Assembly (NCBI GenBank): GCA_017654855.1
Contig: CM030337.1
Span: forward strand, 496,001 to 560,000
Length of the DNA stretch: 64,000 nt
Direction: 5' to 3'
Origin: Podospora anserina
Taxonomy: Eukaryota
The notes under the pieces are model-generated. The model was given only the letters and a program-made list of their open reading frames with translations, did no database searches and had not been told where the DNA came from. Made by a program: the position numbers and the translations under genes. Shown here one piece after another: positions 37,732 to 50,815 of this stretch. Position 1 is the stretch's first letter. Each line of letters opens with the position of its first letter.

Positions 37732-39230
37732 CTTGGGAATCTGTTGGATCACTAGAGGATGAGTGTGAGAAATGTAAGAAATGTGAGTTAGATGCGAATG
37801 AAGTGACACTGGTCAGATCAAGCGCGCCTCAGGTGCAGGTGCTGGTGCTGTGATGTTAGGAGTGGCTGTCAGGGGAAAGGTGGTGAAAAGTTTGAGGGAG
37901 GTAGGCAAGGTAGCGACGATGAAATTGGCCGGGGTGTACAAGACAATTGGCCAGGAGGAGTAGAGGTCAGAATATCCCAACCCAGAAAATAGGAATGGAA
38001 TTGACCGCAGGTGAGGCGTTGAGGACGTTGGAAACGGAGGTGAAGTGGTGGAAAGGGTACGCGGGTAAGAGCCGGCAAGGTGGAAGCCAGGCACGCGACG
38101 GCGACGAGAATGTGGGAGCCGTGTGTAAGTGGGAGACGACGGCGTGGTTGGCGTGGATCAGGAAGGGTCGAGAAGTGGTCAAGTCAAAGATGGGAAGAAA
38201 GGAGGGAGGAGGTCACAAATATATGTGTGATGGGAAGGTTGGGGTGGAAGAGAGAAAAGAGAAGGAGGAAAGGAAGCAGGGCGCAAGGTAAGATCTGGGG
38301 GAAGAAGAAGCAGAAGAGGGCAGCGTGAGACATGCTTCGACCTGCGAGGCAGACAAAAAAGGCATTGGAGCTTGCAGGTGGGTGGATGCGCCGCAAGAGA
38401 AAGGGCTTTGTAACATCCCATTGGCCGGCCCCCAAAGAGCGGGTCTGGCCCACTGAGGCTCTTCTGATTGGGTCAAAATCGTTTGCAGCAAGCGGGCGGC
38501 GGCGGAAGATAGCTGGCCCGAATGTGGTTAGATCGGCTGTTGCCCCCTTGGTCGTTCCGCCCCCGCTGACTGTCCCCGCTCTCGGTGGTCCATGCTGCTT
38601 CTCGCCTGGTGAGCCCGGCAGATTCGGCGCTTTTCTGGTCAGTCCCGAGCACCGCCCGGACCCCCAACTCCTCGCCTAAAGATACACGCCCCAGGTCCTG
38701 ACTCTGTCCACACTCCAATGGGCCAAGACACCAATCACTGCTCGTGAAACAGACCCTGATAGCTAGTGCCAACCCTTCCCCATTACACCCACGCCTCTTG
38801 TCACGTGCTACCAATGAGCTCGAGAACCACAATCGTTGTGACCATCCGCCGTCGTCTCGATCCTGTCTGCTTACCCTGCAGTGCCCAGCCACTGGCTGTG
38901 TCTGGATGCAGCATCAATTTATGCACTTTATGAACGGGAAGTATTGGTCTGTCTCTGAACTATTAGCCGTGGTGAAACAAGCAAAAACGCAGAGGCTGCT
39001 GCTCAGTGCTGGCGCAGCAAGGTCAAAGATCAGAGTGCGAGGTCAAAGCGAGTGTCTCTATGGTAATAATCATACAGCCGATATCAAACATGCTGGGTTG
39101 GTCTTGGCTAGAAACATAAAGCTCAACTAGACAAGTACGAGGACAGCGAGTACGAATAATCCCAAGTTTCCTTCCAACCGCCCTCTCCGCTCACTCCTCC
39201 TTTCCAGTTATCACAGGAAAGAGAAGCATG

Positions 39231-40477
39231 CTACCTGCTTGGCCCTGGACTGCCATCCATATGCTCCATGCTCCGCCGAATAGCCCGCTCAAACAAACTC
39301 ACGTCATCAGCATTTTCAAGACCACCGTACAACCCCATCATGCCCGGCGTCTGTAATCCAGGCGGGCTTGGAATTCTTTCTTCTCGCTCACGTCTTCGTC
39401 GGCTGAGCCTTGAAAGCGAGTCAAATCCTGGAGACGTGCCACGGCGGGTTGGGACTGTGTAAGAGCCCCGCAATCGGCTCTGGTGCTGTGCTTCCGGCAA
39501 ATTCTGGGGCGTTTGAGGTTGTGCCGAGGGCGGCAAAGAATCGTCGTAGATCTCAAAAGGCGGAGGAGACAATTGACGGCGTGGCGTCGTGGGTTCACCA
39601 GGGACGCTGTCCCGAGGTCGGATCCGATGGCGAGGAACCGTTGTGCTTGGTCGGCGAGGGGGACTCATTGAAGCACGGGGGTTGTTGTGTCTTCTGTCCG
39701 CATCATCCAACTGCGCTAGGGTCTAGAACAGGTGATCAGCATGGTCGAAAAGTATGATGAGACAAGAGTATGCCATACTCTGACAGCCCTTTGAACAATC
39801 GCCAGACGCTCAAAATCATGGGTGATGGGGGACGAAGGCCAGACTGTTGGCTCTACCAGCCGTCTATATGTTGCTGGACGGGACGGGTATGCCGGTCCTC
39901 GTTCTAGCGTCTGCTCTCTGTCAACTGGAGGTACACGGTCGGTATGGATACCCGGAGTTGAAGCAGATGATTGGCCGGGTGAACCTGTTGGAAGGGATGG
40001 GTAAGCGTCGACTGAGTGGTACTCTGCCACTTGATTATGTCTAGGAGTCGACAGTACTGGCTGTTGGGACGGAGAAGGCGGCTGCCCATCAAGTTCTAGC
40101 GGGTGATCAGCCTTTATATTAGGCCTAGGTTGGCCTTCAACTGTTCTGGTGCGGTCCGGCAGTGTGAAGGTGGCCCCTTGATTCTGCTGAGCAAGAACTG
40201 AACTGGATGGCTCCGTGTCTGTGGAACGCCTGGATTCTGGTCTGTTACCGGGGGGCAAGAACCGTATGTTTTGGTCAGTCTGTGGTTGTTTGCCGCGCGC
40301 TTTAGCAGAAGAAGCCGGGGGAACGCTTGGAACAAATTCTGGTATCGCGGATGCACCCCCTGGTTTTGTAAGATAGTTGAGGAACTGGCGGTGGTGTCTC
40401 TTCTCTTTCAGACGTTGATCAAGCTCCTCGACCTCGACCATGGTCAGTGAAAGAATAGTGGGCTGGAGACGCAGCAT
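39231..40477 (-). CDS. Hypothetical, largely disordered protein with a Cdc26-like N-terminal motif; exons 40477..39779 and 39722..39231
   Basis: Starts ACAATG MLRLQPTILSLTMVEVEELD. Intron 39778..39723 (GTATGG...CTGAT...TAG) joins two ORFs in frame. C-terminal FEIYDDSLP...QPQTPQNLPEA and GLYGGLEN blocks. Confidence 0.7.
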
Positions 40478-41997
40478 TGTAGGACTGATATGAAGACACT
40501 GGATTCTTCGGACGGGGTTGGGGACAGCATACAGATAAGATCCCGGATTCCTATGAATTTGAGACTGGACTGGGTACTGTTAAGGGCAGCGGAAAAGGTT
40601 GGTGGGAGGGAAAGCATGGCAAGTTTTGGTTCAAGGAAGTCAGAGCTGGCAAGCACTTCACAACGGTAGCTGCTTTGAGATCAGAGGCGATGGGAAGGAG
40701 CAGTCCTACAGACATGCAATGCTGGAAGTTTGACGGGTACATACATTGGAGGAAAAGGCGTCCAACCCCAGATACAGACATAGATGTTTACATTCGAGAG
40801 TTAAAAGAAAAAAACCGCTTAAGGTATGGCTGTATAGTCTTGCACATGGCAAGAGGTCAACACAACAGCTGCTGAGTTGAAGAGCCCTTTGGTCTCAATC
40901 TTGGAGCAAGTGTCCACATAGTACCGATATAGCAACCTTGAGATCTTGTGCCTACCTTACCTTGTATGATTTATTCTGAAATTTCTGACAAGAAGCTTTT
41001 AGCCTTAGAGCCAACAGTTTGCTAGCCACGTCGACTGGTGACGAATGCATGGTGGTCTGGTGTAGCGAACATCCAAGCTTCAAAGACACCAAAAATGTCG
41101 AACTATATGGTCACACTAGCATAAGTTACGAGCGCTACCACTTTGCTCTTGACTACTGTGACTCTCAGACACGTAAAATCCGTATTTCCTGGCTACGGTA
41201 TGAAAGAACACCGATTTTCAATGAAATGCACCAAGTTTACGATATGGCTGGAACCTGCAAGGCATCTTCTTAGTGCTCTCAAGATAGGCATCAAAGTATC
41301 GCATCTTAGTCAGAGCCATAAAAGGGGCGCCTACGCACCGTTAGGTACCTGAACGCCCTTGCCAATTCTTACAAGTGGCCCCGGCTGCTGAGGCCGAGTC
41401 CACCGGGCCAGCCATCGAGGAGCGCCTCATTTTCAGCAGACATCGTCACCGCCCTCGGCCCTGAGAATTGCGCTTCAAGAACTCGCACCGGTACCGACAG
41501 TCAGCCGGACTTCCCAGATCAACGCCGTTTTCCTCATCGGAGCAAATCCCCGCCTCGGTGCCCGCTCTCCGGGAACTGCAAGAGCCAACGGCCAGCGCGT
41601 TGGATGCCCAAGAATCGGTAATTTGACGGGCCGGGATCTTGGATTTGGCAGCGGAAGTTAGGTCCATCAGATCACGCCCAGCCAGCCCAGCAAAGAGGCG
41701 CGAGGCGTCTCCGTCGCTCCATCTCGATACAAACGAGACACGCAGATAGTCCACGGCCAATCGTGGCCGCGTTGTCGAGATTACAAAATCTAGTTTTTAT
41801 TCGCCGCCTTGCGGCACACTTGCGTTACCAGTTGCTGCTTCGAACCCCGACCGCATGCCCGCCGCCGCCAGCAATCCTACGTCGTCGCTCGCTCACCACC
41901 ACCACCAACCCCCACCGCTGCCCGCCCGCTCCTTATTCTCTTCCGTTCCGGTGACGTCGCCTCTGTGTCCATCGGGGACACCATCCCACACACGAAG

Positions 41998-44612
41998 ATG
42001 AATGGTGATCTGAGTTTGTCCCGGGCCCTGGGCGGTCTACGGATTGCCAATCCCGATGATTCCCCAAACCCCTCACGGGACGCATCGAACGACCCCCATG
42101 ATTCCCCTGAGCCCCAGCAACAGCAAGAATACAGCTACCAGCAGCAACAACCACAGCAACACCATCAACAGCAACAATTACCAATGCCGAGCCCCCTAAC
42201 TCCGGACACCGCAGAGCCTACACCTCCTCGCACTCCGCACGATACACTCGACTATCAATCGACGGCCAGGAACTCACCCTCCCGACCGCCGCACACGTAC
42301 GAGTCTGCCGCCGCCATTCTCAAGACCGCGCAGAATAACTTGAACGCGGCCAGAGGCCTAGGCAACTCGGCTGCCTCGAGCGACCCATTCCTGGCGGAAA
42401 GATATGCAAACTATCAGTCTTCCAATGGAGGACGCTCGCCGGGTCCAGGTGTTATCGGAGGTCCAGCTGTGTCACCTGAGGCTGGGCCTGGGCATGGACC
42501 TGACCAGCAAGCAACACCCTATGCTGACCCGGGGAACGAGCCCAGATCTGACCAGCACAACCCAACTTATATCCCATCACGCGAGCCAAGTCGTTCCCGA
42601 CGCCCGGCTCCAAGTCCCAGCCAGCCTGGGAACGGTATGATGCCCCCTAGGAGGAGCTCCCACGGCATGGGCACCACATACGCCCCCATCGCGGGTATTC
42701 CCCACGCGCCACCCGGGAGTTATGTGCAGGACATGCCGCCAATAGCCAGCAGTGAAGAATGGAAAGACAAAGGCGCCGCCGTCAGTCTCAGACGGGAGGT
42801 TGACGCCGAGGGAAGGACAGTGATCAAGTCTGTCAAGAAGGGAGTTAGGGACTTCTCGTTTGGCAGAATACTTGGTGAGGGGTCCTACAGCACCGTCTAT
42901 TTCGCCACCGATCGCCAAACCCTGCGAGAGTACGCCATCAAGGTGCTGGAGAAGAAACACATCATCAAGGAGAAGAAGATCAAATACGTCAACATTGAAA
43001 AGAACACGCTCAACCGACTGACGGATCATCCGGGTATCGTTCGGCTTTACTATACGTTTCAGGACGAGGCGTCGCTCTACTATGTTTTGGACTTGTGCAA
43101 TGGGGGAGAGTTGTTGGGTGTCCTCAAGAAGACGGGGACGTTCGACGTGGAGTGCACGAGGTTTTACGGCGCGCAGATTCTGGATGCCATTGCTTACATG
43201 CATTCGAGAGGTGTCATCCACCGCGACCTCAAACCCGAAAACGTGCTACTCGATGACCAGATGCATGTGAAAATTACCGACTTCGGCACCGCCAAGCTCT
43301 TACCAGACCCCCGCGAACCCAGGCCTCCAGAAGACTCTAACCAAGGTGGCATGTCTGATGGGCAAAAGGCCACCTCTTTTGTGGGCACGGCAGAGTATGT
43401 GAGTCCCGAGCTCTTGACAGATAAGTCTGCAGGGAAGCCCAGTGACTTGTGGGCGTTCGGGTGCATCATCTACCAGCTTCTCGTGGGCCGACCGCCCTTC
43501 AAGGGCGCTACCGAGTATTTGACGTTTCAAAGGATCGTCGCCTTGGACTACGAGTTTCCCCCCGGATTCCCACCCGCCGCGCGCGATCTGGTAGAGAGAT
43601 GCTTGGTTCTTGATCCAAACCGCCGTCTCACGGTGGAACACATCAAGAACCACGAGTTCTTTGATGGACAGCAGTTCGGCAAGGAGCTGTGGAGGATGAA
43701 AGCCCCGCGTTTGAGGCCATATGTACCGCCTGCTCAAGAACCCAACATTATTCAACTCAATGGCGGGATGGGCGGGAGCCCCAAGAAGCCACAACCAGCT
43801 CAGTCGCGAAGTCCTCAAGGGCAATCGAATGGCCAGAGACCAGCCAGGATTATTACCGAGTTGCCACCGCCAACGCAGCTTGATATCGAATGGTCGCCAG
43901 TTCTGACTAGAAATAACGAACGGATATTGAAATTAGGCGACCTGATGGTGATATCCTCCCCAATTCCAAACAGCCCTCACGGGAGAGGCGAGGGCGATGG
44001 TCACAAGAAGCTGTCTCGCTTCTTTGGTGGCAGCACCACCAAGAAACGTCAACGGCTTGTCATGATCACGTCGAGCGGACGCATCGTGCTCTGCCCGGCT
44101 GGTGGTGAAGAGAAACGGTCGAAACAGGAGATCTCGCTTCTGGCACCAGACTGTGCGTGGAGAAGTCAGTTGGACGCCAAAGGGCAAATGGTTTGGTGTG
44201 TCGATACGGTAAGCTGATGATATTATCCTTTTTTTGGAAAAAAATGTTTGTGTGCTAACAACAGAATCAGAACGGTATCCATTATCAATTCGAGGAGCCA
44301 AAGTCGTCCCAGACTGAAGGGTCCAAATTTTCGGTAGACGATTGGATTGACTCGCTTCAGCGGGCAAAGGACCTTGCCCTCTCGCAGAACCTAAGCGGCG
44401 AGAATGGATTTGGTGACATGTCGTCCTCCATGTCGAGCCCAGCGAGCACAATGGGTGGTAGAACCACCTTCCCCGAGGGATACAGCATCAGCGACAGATC
44501 CGGGCGCAACCAGCTCAGCAAGAGCCAAGGCAGCTTGGAAGATCCGACACATGTGAAGCGCAACCGGTTCAGCAAGCGTCAGTCAAAGAATGGACTAGGG
44601 GCAGCTTTCTAG
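41998..44612 (+). CDS. PDK1: PDK1-family Ser/Thr kinase (Pkh1/2, Ksg1) with a C-terminal PH-like domain; exons 41998..44208 and 44271..44612
   Basis: DFSFGRILGEGSYSTV, YAIKVLEKKHIIKEKKIKYVNIEK, HRDLKPEN, DFGTAK, SFVGTAEYVSPELL and EYLTFQRI are diagnostic of PDK1. Intron 44209..44270 (GTAAGC...CTAAC...CAG). Confidence 0.95.
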
Positions 44613-45250
44613 TTTCAATTGCCTTCACGACAAAACAGGACACCACGAGCAAAGCACAAGGCACAGCAACAGGATGTGAACTAAAGGGGACGAGTTTCGA
44701 TATGGGATCAGCCTTCCCAAGGAATGGGATGGAGGAAACGACACAAGGAGGGCATTACATTATTATTACTACTACTACTCGTACTACACACCTTTAATAG
44801 GCATTTTTGGTAGCGTGGCGCAGGGTTACCTTGGAGCATCACCCTGTCGCCTGTCAGTGTACTTTTTGGCAAGGAATTGTAGGGGATTGACAGGAAAATT
44901 GTTTCGGAATTTAGAGGAGAGGCTGAATGTTTATTCGTATCGAGTATGTACAAGCTAATGAGGTATGTTCAAAAGGACGGGCAGCAGAGAGCTGTCACAT
45001 TTTGTAGCGCTCAGACCAGCTTTGCTGTAATCTGTGCCAAGACATAGTGGAACCCCTTAGCCCAGCCAAGCCAGCAGTCGGCAGGAACGCCAGCGACTTT
45101 TCCACACCACAAACTCCACCAGACTTGGAGAAAGAGCAACGACGCGATTGACGCGCCTGCATCCGCCATTCAACGCAACGTGCAATCGACCATCGCTGTC
45201 GGACGATAGCGTCATTACACTCCAGACTGGGGAAGCGCCAATCGACCACA

Positions 45251-47335
45251 ATGCAGTCCCAACCCCAATTCCGTCCCTACGCCACGCCTCACGGCCACCC
45301 TCCTCACGGAACACCACACCACGGCCATGGCAGCCACGGCGGGCATCCCGGCCCTCATGCACCCCCAAGGTCAGGAGCATCGCACCGCCGAGGCGGCATT
45401 GGTAAGTAGTGACTTCCATCGCTATGGATAGGGCAGGGCCTTCATCAGAGATCGCCTCCATGATGGTCCATCCAATTCTTTTCCCATCACCACCGAAGCC
45501 ACCTCCTCACATGTCATGTCGGACATGACTCCATGACCACCCCCGGCCCCTCCATCCCCAACCCGCTCCGCTTTTTGCCTTGAGCCTGCTTGGGTTGGCC
45601 CTGGCTCTCGATAGTGCCCGGCCATTGGCATGGTGGAGCTTGACATTTAGGTTTCTTCCTCTACCTCACGTCCATCATCGCTTCTCCAGCCCAACAGCCG
45701 CAGCCCTCCCATACACGTTCTGCACTGTTATTCGCACACACACGCTCAATTCTGCGACCAGCATCATCACAAACTATCATTAGCTTCAAGATCTAACCCC
45801 TCGCTTCCATATACAGGCCCCATGATGTCGGCCGGCCCTCATCCCCAGGTGCCCATGACGGCGGCGCAAATCAATCAGCAGCATTACCAAGCTCAACAGG
45901 CCAACCAGCGCGCCAAGATCAGAAGCCGCAAGCCCACCGACAAGAACCTCCCAGATGGCATCGACGAGCTGCTCGTGGGTGGCCCTGACCTGGCAGTGGC
46001 CTATAGGCAGTTGCGTGACTTTGAACGCCGGCTTGATGCTACCATGACGCGCAAGAAGTTGGACATCATGGACTCACTGTCCCGCAACACCAAGGTAGGT
46101 CTGGCTGGTTCACTCAGCACAAGACATCATATCTGATTTGCTGGAAATTATAGCACCAGCGGAAACTGCGCATCTGGATCAACAACACGGTCGAGGATCA
46201 GTACTGGCAGGCGAGTGCATCCAGCATGGACAACTTTGAATTTTCTTCCACTTCCGAAGCCACCTATCGCGTTACTATCGAGGCCCGATTGCTCGACGAC
46301 CCGCTCGATTTGGATAAGGACAAGGGCAATGGCGAGGACGACGCCGGCAAGGAAGCCGATGGCGAGAAGATGGACACCGACGACAAGCCGCAGCAAAAGC
46401 CTGCTCCCGCTAAGCCCGGCCAGCGGACGAGATTTGCGCACTTCTTTAAAGCTCTGACGGTTGAGCCTGACCGCCCGAAACCTGGAGCCCACGGAAATGA
46501 GACTATTGTCGAGTGGAAGAAGCCAGACAAGACGCCCTCAGGAGCACAGAACCTCCCCGCGATTGCCGACTTTGACGAATTCGCATTCAAGAGGCCTGGG
46601 GATGAGAACCTCAACATCACCATCAACTTGTTCAGACACGAAGAACCTGAGCGGTTTGCTGTGAGCCCGGAACTGGCCGACATCATTGATGAAACAGATG
46701 CCACCCTCAAGGAAGCAACCTTGGCCGTCTACGAATACATTAAGCTTTTCGGCCTGCAGGACGACGAAGAGACTCGCAACTTCCGATGTGACCAGTATCT
46801 CAAAAAGATTGTTGGCCGCGACATGGGCATGATTGGTCATCTCCCCGACTACATCACACCCCATTTGCGCCCGTTGCCCCCTATCAAACTTCCTTACACC
46901 ATCCGCGTCGACGAGGAATTCCACAAGAACCCCACGCCTACTATTTACGACGTCACGGTTGCTGTGGATGACCCCATGCGCGCCAGGTACCTTTCCTTCT
47001 TGCACAACCCACAGCACGCCGGTATGTTGAAGGAAATCGCGCGCCTCGACGACCAGCTGGCAACCGTTTGCCAGGCGCTTCATGAGTCCAAAGCTCGGCA
47101 CACCTTTTTCACGTCCATGGCCAACGACCCGGTTGGATTTGTCCGGACTTGGCTGTCGTCCCAGAAGAGGGACTTGGACATTATCCTTGGTGAATCGGCG
47201 AGGGGCAACGGGGAGAGCATACATGGTGATGAGTGGCGGAAGGGCGGCAGGGATAGCGTGTGGAATACGGCTAATGCGAGGGAGAGTGTGAATGTGCTGC
47301 TTTCTAGGCCGCCGTCGAGGCCACAGCAACGCTAG
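45251..47335 (+). CDS. SSR3: SWI/SNF and RSC complex subunit Ssr3/Snf12 (BAF60, SWIB domain); exons 45251..45401, 45817..46094 and 46154..47335
   Basis: SRKPTDKNLPDG, ERRLDATMTRKKLDI, LRIWINNT, SWIB domain (LAVYEYIK..GLQDDEE...CDQYLKKI) and DPVGFVRTWLSSQKRDL. Introns 45402..45816 and 46095..46153. Confidence 0.92.
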
Positions 47336-48441
47336 ACGCCTACGGCTGCCACAACTCAGGAGGGGGACTTTGGGAAAAGGATCCAACCGTGATAGCAAGG
47401 CCAGGCCAGGAAAAGGGTGGGCAGGATGATGTCGAGAAGGAGCTTGAGCTTTTTATGGAGGAGTTTAGTTGAGGGTCATGAGGTATTTACATGTTTTTGT
47501 GATTGAATACCCAGGCGTTTTCATGTTTTCTTGGTCGGTGTGTTGATAGCACTTGTTATAGCGGAATTAGGTGACTTGGGTTGTGTTGTTTATGTTGTGG
47601 GTGATTTTGTTGAACTCGGTGAACTTCTTGGTGTGTTTGTAGGTGTTGAAGGGTCTATTGTTCAACATGACATGTGGATATATGGAAGGCGTGATGTCGC
47701 ATGGCTATTACAACGAAGGCGGACTCTGGCTAGATATGAGAGACGAAACGGTGATCAAAACCTCTAGCAAACGTGGTCACCGACCAAGATGGATGAATAT
47801 GAGAATTTTGTTTACGACCCCCTTCGATCTGGCGGGGACCCCCCTTCCCATTTCCATGTTTCCAACATTACGCCATACGTTAAGCTACATCAAAGATATC
47901 TAATTTTTACTACTTTTTTTGTAAAAATAAAAATAAGAAAACCAGATTTAAGGTAGAATAGCTTAAAAATAAGTGTAAATTACATTTTTGTTTCATTTTT
48001 CTTTTCGGTTAAAAAGAAAAGGAATATTTAGACTATATATGTTGGGCTTTCGGGAAAGCGATGCGAGTAACATCGAAACCACTTTGGAAGTCGGAACAAA
48101 TTGTTGTATTTTTAGATTTTCTTTTCAGGGTTAGGGAGTTAGGTGGCTACAGGGGGGTCCCAAACGAAACTCTCATCAATATACCTGAGTCACGAAGAAG
48201 GGCAAGAGAAAGAACCAAAACAGAGGGCGTTGTTCATGACATGGCAGTTCATTCCATTCTACTTTCTAAAACACATACAGGAAACTCCCCTCTTACAAGA
48301 AACACAAAAAGACAGATGGATAGATGCAACTATTCTCCATCATTATTTGCTAACATCATTGAAACATTTGCCTCCCCTGGTATCTTTGCCCCCCCATTTC
48401 CACCGTTAACACCGCCATATCATCATCAATCATCAACCCCT

Positions 48442-50815
48442 TTAATACCGTTGATAACCCCCCCACTGAGGCGGCTGCTGCCCCGGATACCCCCCTCCCT
48501 GAGGCGGCGGCGGCGGATGCTGTCCAGGATAACCACCTCCATACTGCCCATGATGATGCGGCGGCGGGGGCTGCTGGTAACCACCCGGACCACCATAACC
48601 ACCACCACCATACTGCGGCTGTTGCTGAGGCGGATATGCCCCCGACCCACCACCACCGCTATACCCCGGCTGAGGACTAGGCCTGCCATAAGACCCCCCA
48701 CCACCACTCCCATACCCACTCGACCCCGGCCTCTGCCCATACCCACCACCAGACGACCCCGGCCGAGGCGAATACCGTGCATCAGCCTGCTGCTTCTTAA
48801 CCTGCTCCCACAACGACCCCGCCGGACGGCCGTGACCATGATCACAACCGTTACCTCCGTGGCTAGGGGCTGAGACACTACGGGAACTACTGCTGGAATT
48901 GCTCGCGAGGATGTGGTTATGGTGGTTCTTGACCGATTCAGAAGACAAAATGGAGTTGAGCTCGTGCCTGTGCTTCGTCTCCTGCGTCCACTTGCGCACA
49001 GTCTCAAACATGTTGCGATGAATCTCAACCCGTTCGTCGCGGGCGGCTGGGTGGTGGAAGGCGCGGAGGATGTCGTTCAAAACTTCGTCGACGGGGACGC
49101 CGGGGTTTTCAAAGGCGTAGAGGATCCGGCTAATGGGACAAAGGTTAGTATAAGAGACAAAGGGAGAGGACGGGGGGGGGGGCTTTACGGAACGACATAT
49201 TGAACTATTGTGACGGAAACACGCCCAGCGCACGAGTTGAGCACGTTGGTAAAATGGTCTTTTGACAGCATCGAGTGGGTGGGGTCGTTGCAGCGGGGGT
49301 TATTCCACGGCTCTAGCTGGGCGTTGGCGCTCGACTCGATAAGACCGGTCGACCCGTCCTTCAAGACCTTGGAGACCTGCTGGATGATGGGTCTGATGAA
49401 CGGAGCGAGGAGCCCCAGGATGAACGCCGTCAGCGTCTCGCTGATTTTCTCCAAAAGAGACTCCAGCCCGGGGATCTTGGAGATCATATTGTTGATGGAG
49501 CGGACGATCTTGTCGCGGAACTCGAGGATGGGGTAGATCTGTCCCGAGACCTTGACGGGGTCAAAGTTGGGGCTCATGCCGGGGACTTGGTTGACGTTGT
49601 CGCGGGTGAGCTGTTGCATGTTTTGCTGCTCTTGGGCGGCCGAGGCGGCCTTGAGGCTTCTGGCCTGGGAGGCGAAGCCATCACCCACGCTGGGGAGCTG
49701 GCTGACGAGGGAGATGAAGTCGGGACCGGAGGAGCCGGAGCCCAGGAAGCCGCGCTGGCCGGAGGAGCTGTTGCTGTTTTGCTCGGCGGCTTTGAGGGCG
49801 ATGTCGATCTCGTCGACTTCGGATTGGGTGAAGTGGTCGGTGGCCTCGCTGTGACACGTTGTTAGTAACCAGCTACATTTGTTGAGGGGGGCGGGAAGCT
49901 TACCCAAGCACAGAGTGCAAAAAGTCCACGGCTCCGAAAGTGCCGGTTACTAAGGGGTAGACTCTTTTGCCGTTAAGGTTGATCTGGGTAGAAGAACCGC
50001 AATGGGCAAACACATTGTGATAACCGAGCTCGATGAGGGCAAGCTCGCAGTAGTTGCTGTGAGCGCTGAAGTCTTCCATGCAGTGGAGAGCCTGGCCCAG
50101 ACATCTGAGGGCCTCGCAGAGATCAGACTCCCTTCCCTTGTGGGTGGTACCACTTGTGTAGAGACGGCCAAAGTGGATGGCGCGGGCAATGCTCCATCTC
50201 AGATAACCAGCGCTGGTGGCCCAACCGCCGCTCTCGTTGGCGATGTAGTTCTTCATGCCAGTACGGGGATCGATTTCAAGTTCGCGGGGATCAACAGGCC
50301 CTCGGAGTCTGGTGTCATATTTGCGAGCATCCTGGTTGTCGGCGTAGTCCTTGGGGTTGTCAATATGCTCCTCAGGACGATAGCATCCCAGGCGCTCTTC
50401 GGTGACCTCGAATTCCTCGGTGGCATAGCCGTTGGCCATGAAGGAGAGGACCCAAACAATAATTCTGATGGTAGCGGCATTGACGCCCTTCAAACTGCCA
50501 ACATCAACAGCTTGCGAATAGTCTCTCAGCCAGTTGCCAAAGTAGACACGGCCAACCATCATGGTGGTCCATTTTTTGCCATACAAGAAAGCGATGTCCT
50601 TGAGTGTGTCCTCGATATCTGTTGTGACGGTCAGTCATGATCACGCTTCGACAGACACAGCTTCACGTACCTCCATGTCTCCAGTTATGCCCCTCAACTT
50701 GGGCAATAGAGGGAATGTTCCCAGCACCAAACGCGGCGGCCTGACCGGGAAGAACGATAAGAATGACAGCAAGGACCAGCAGAGCGCTGCTCCAGCCTAT
50801 CCTGAGTCCCGCCAT
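48442..50815 (-). CDS. hch: HET-C family protein (homologue of Neurospora het-c; hch in Podospora) with signal peptide and Gly/Pro/Gln/Tyr-rich tail; exons 50815..50671, 50618..49904, 49848..49189 and 49129..48442
   Basis: MAGLRIGWSS...AAAFGAGNIPSIAQVEGHNWRHGDIED, RVYFGNWLRDYSQAVDVG, YRPEEHIDNPK, EDFSAHSNYCEL, PLVTGTFG and DPTHSMLSKDHF are Het-C motifs. Three canonical introns (50670..50619, 49903..49849, 49188..49130). Confidence 0.93.

Noticed and set aside
41809..41997. In-frame TTG-initiated extension upstream of the PDK1 ATG (similarly 52057-52275 for SCS7)
   Set aside because: GC-rich leaders are often stop-free, the peptides are unremarkable, and the downstream ATGs have good context and plausible N-termini.
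48040..48085. Two hairpins followed by GAAA, resembling a hammerhead ribozyme
   Set aside because: The conserved CUGANGA core is missing.
48125..48143. GGGTTAGGG as a possible telomerase RNA template or interstitial telomere
   Set aside because: Only about two imperfect units, and the ~1.1-kb gap between convergent genes seems too small for a filamentous-fungal telomerase RNA.
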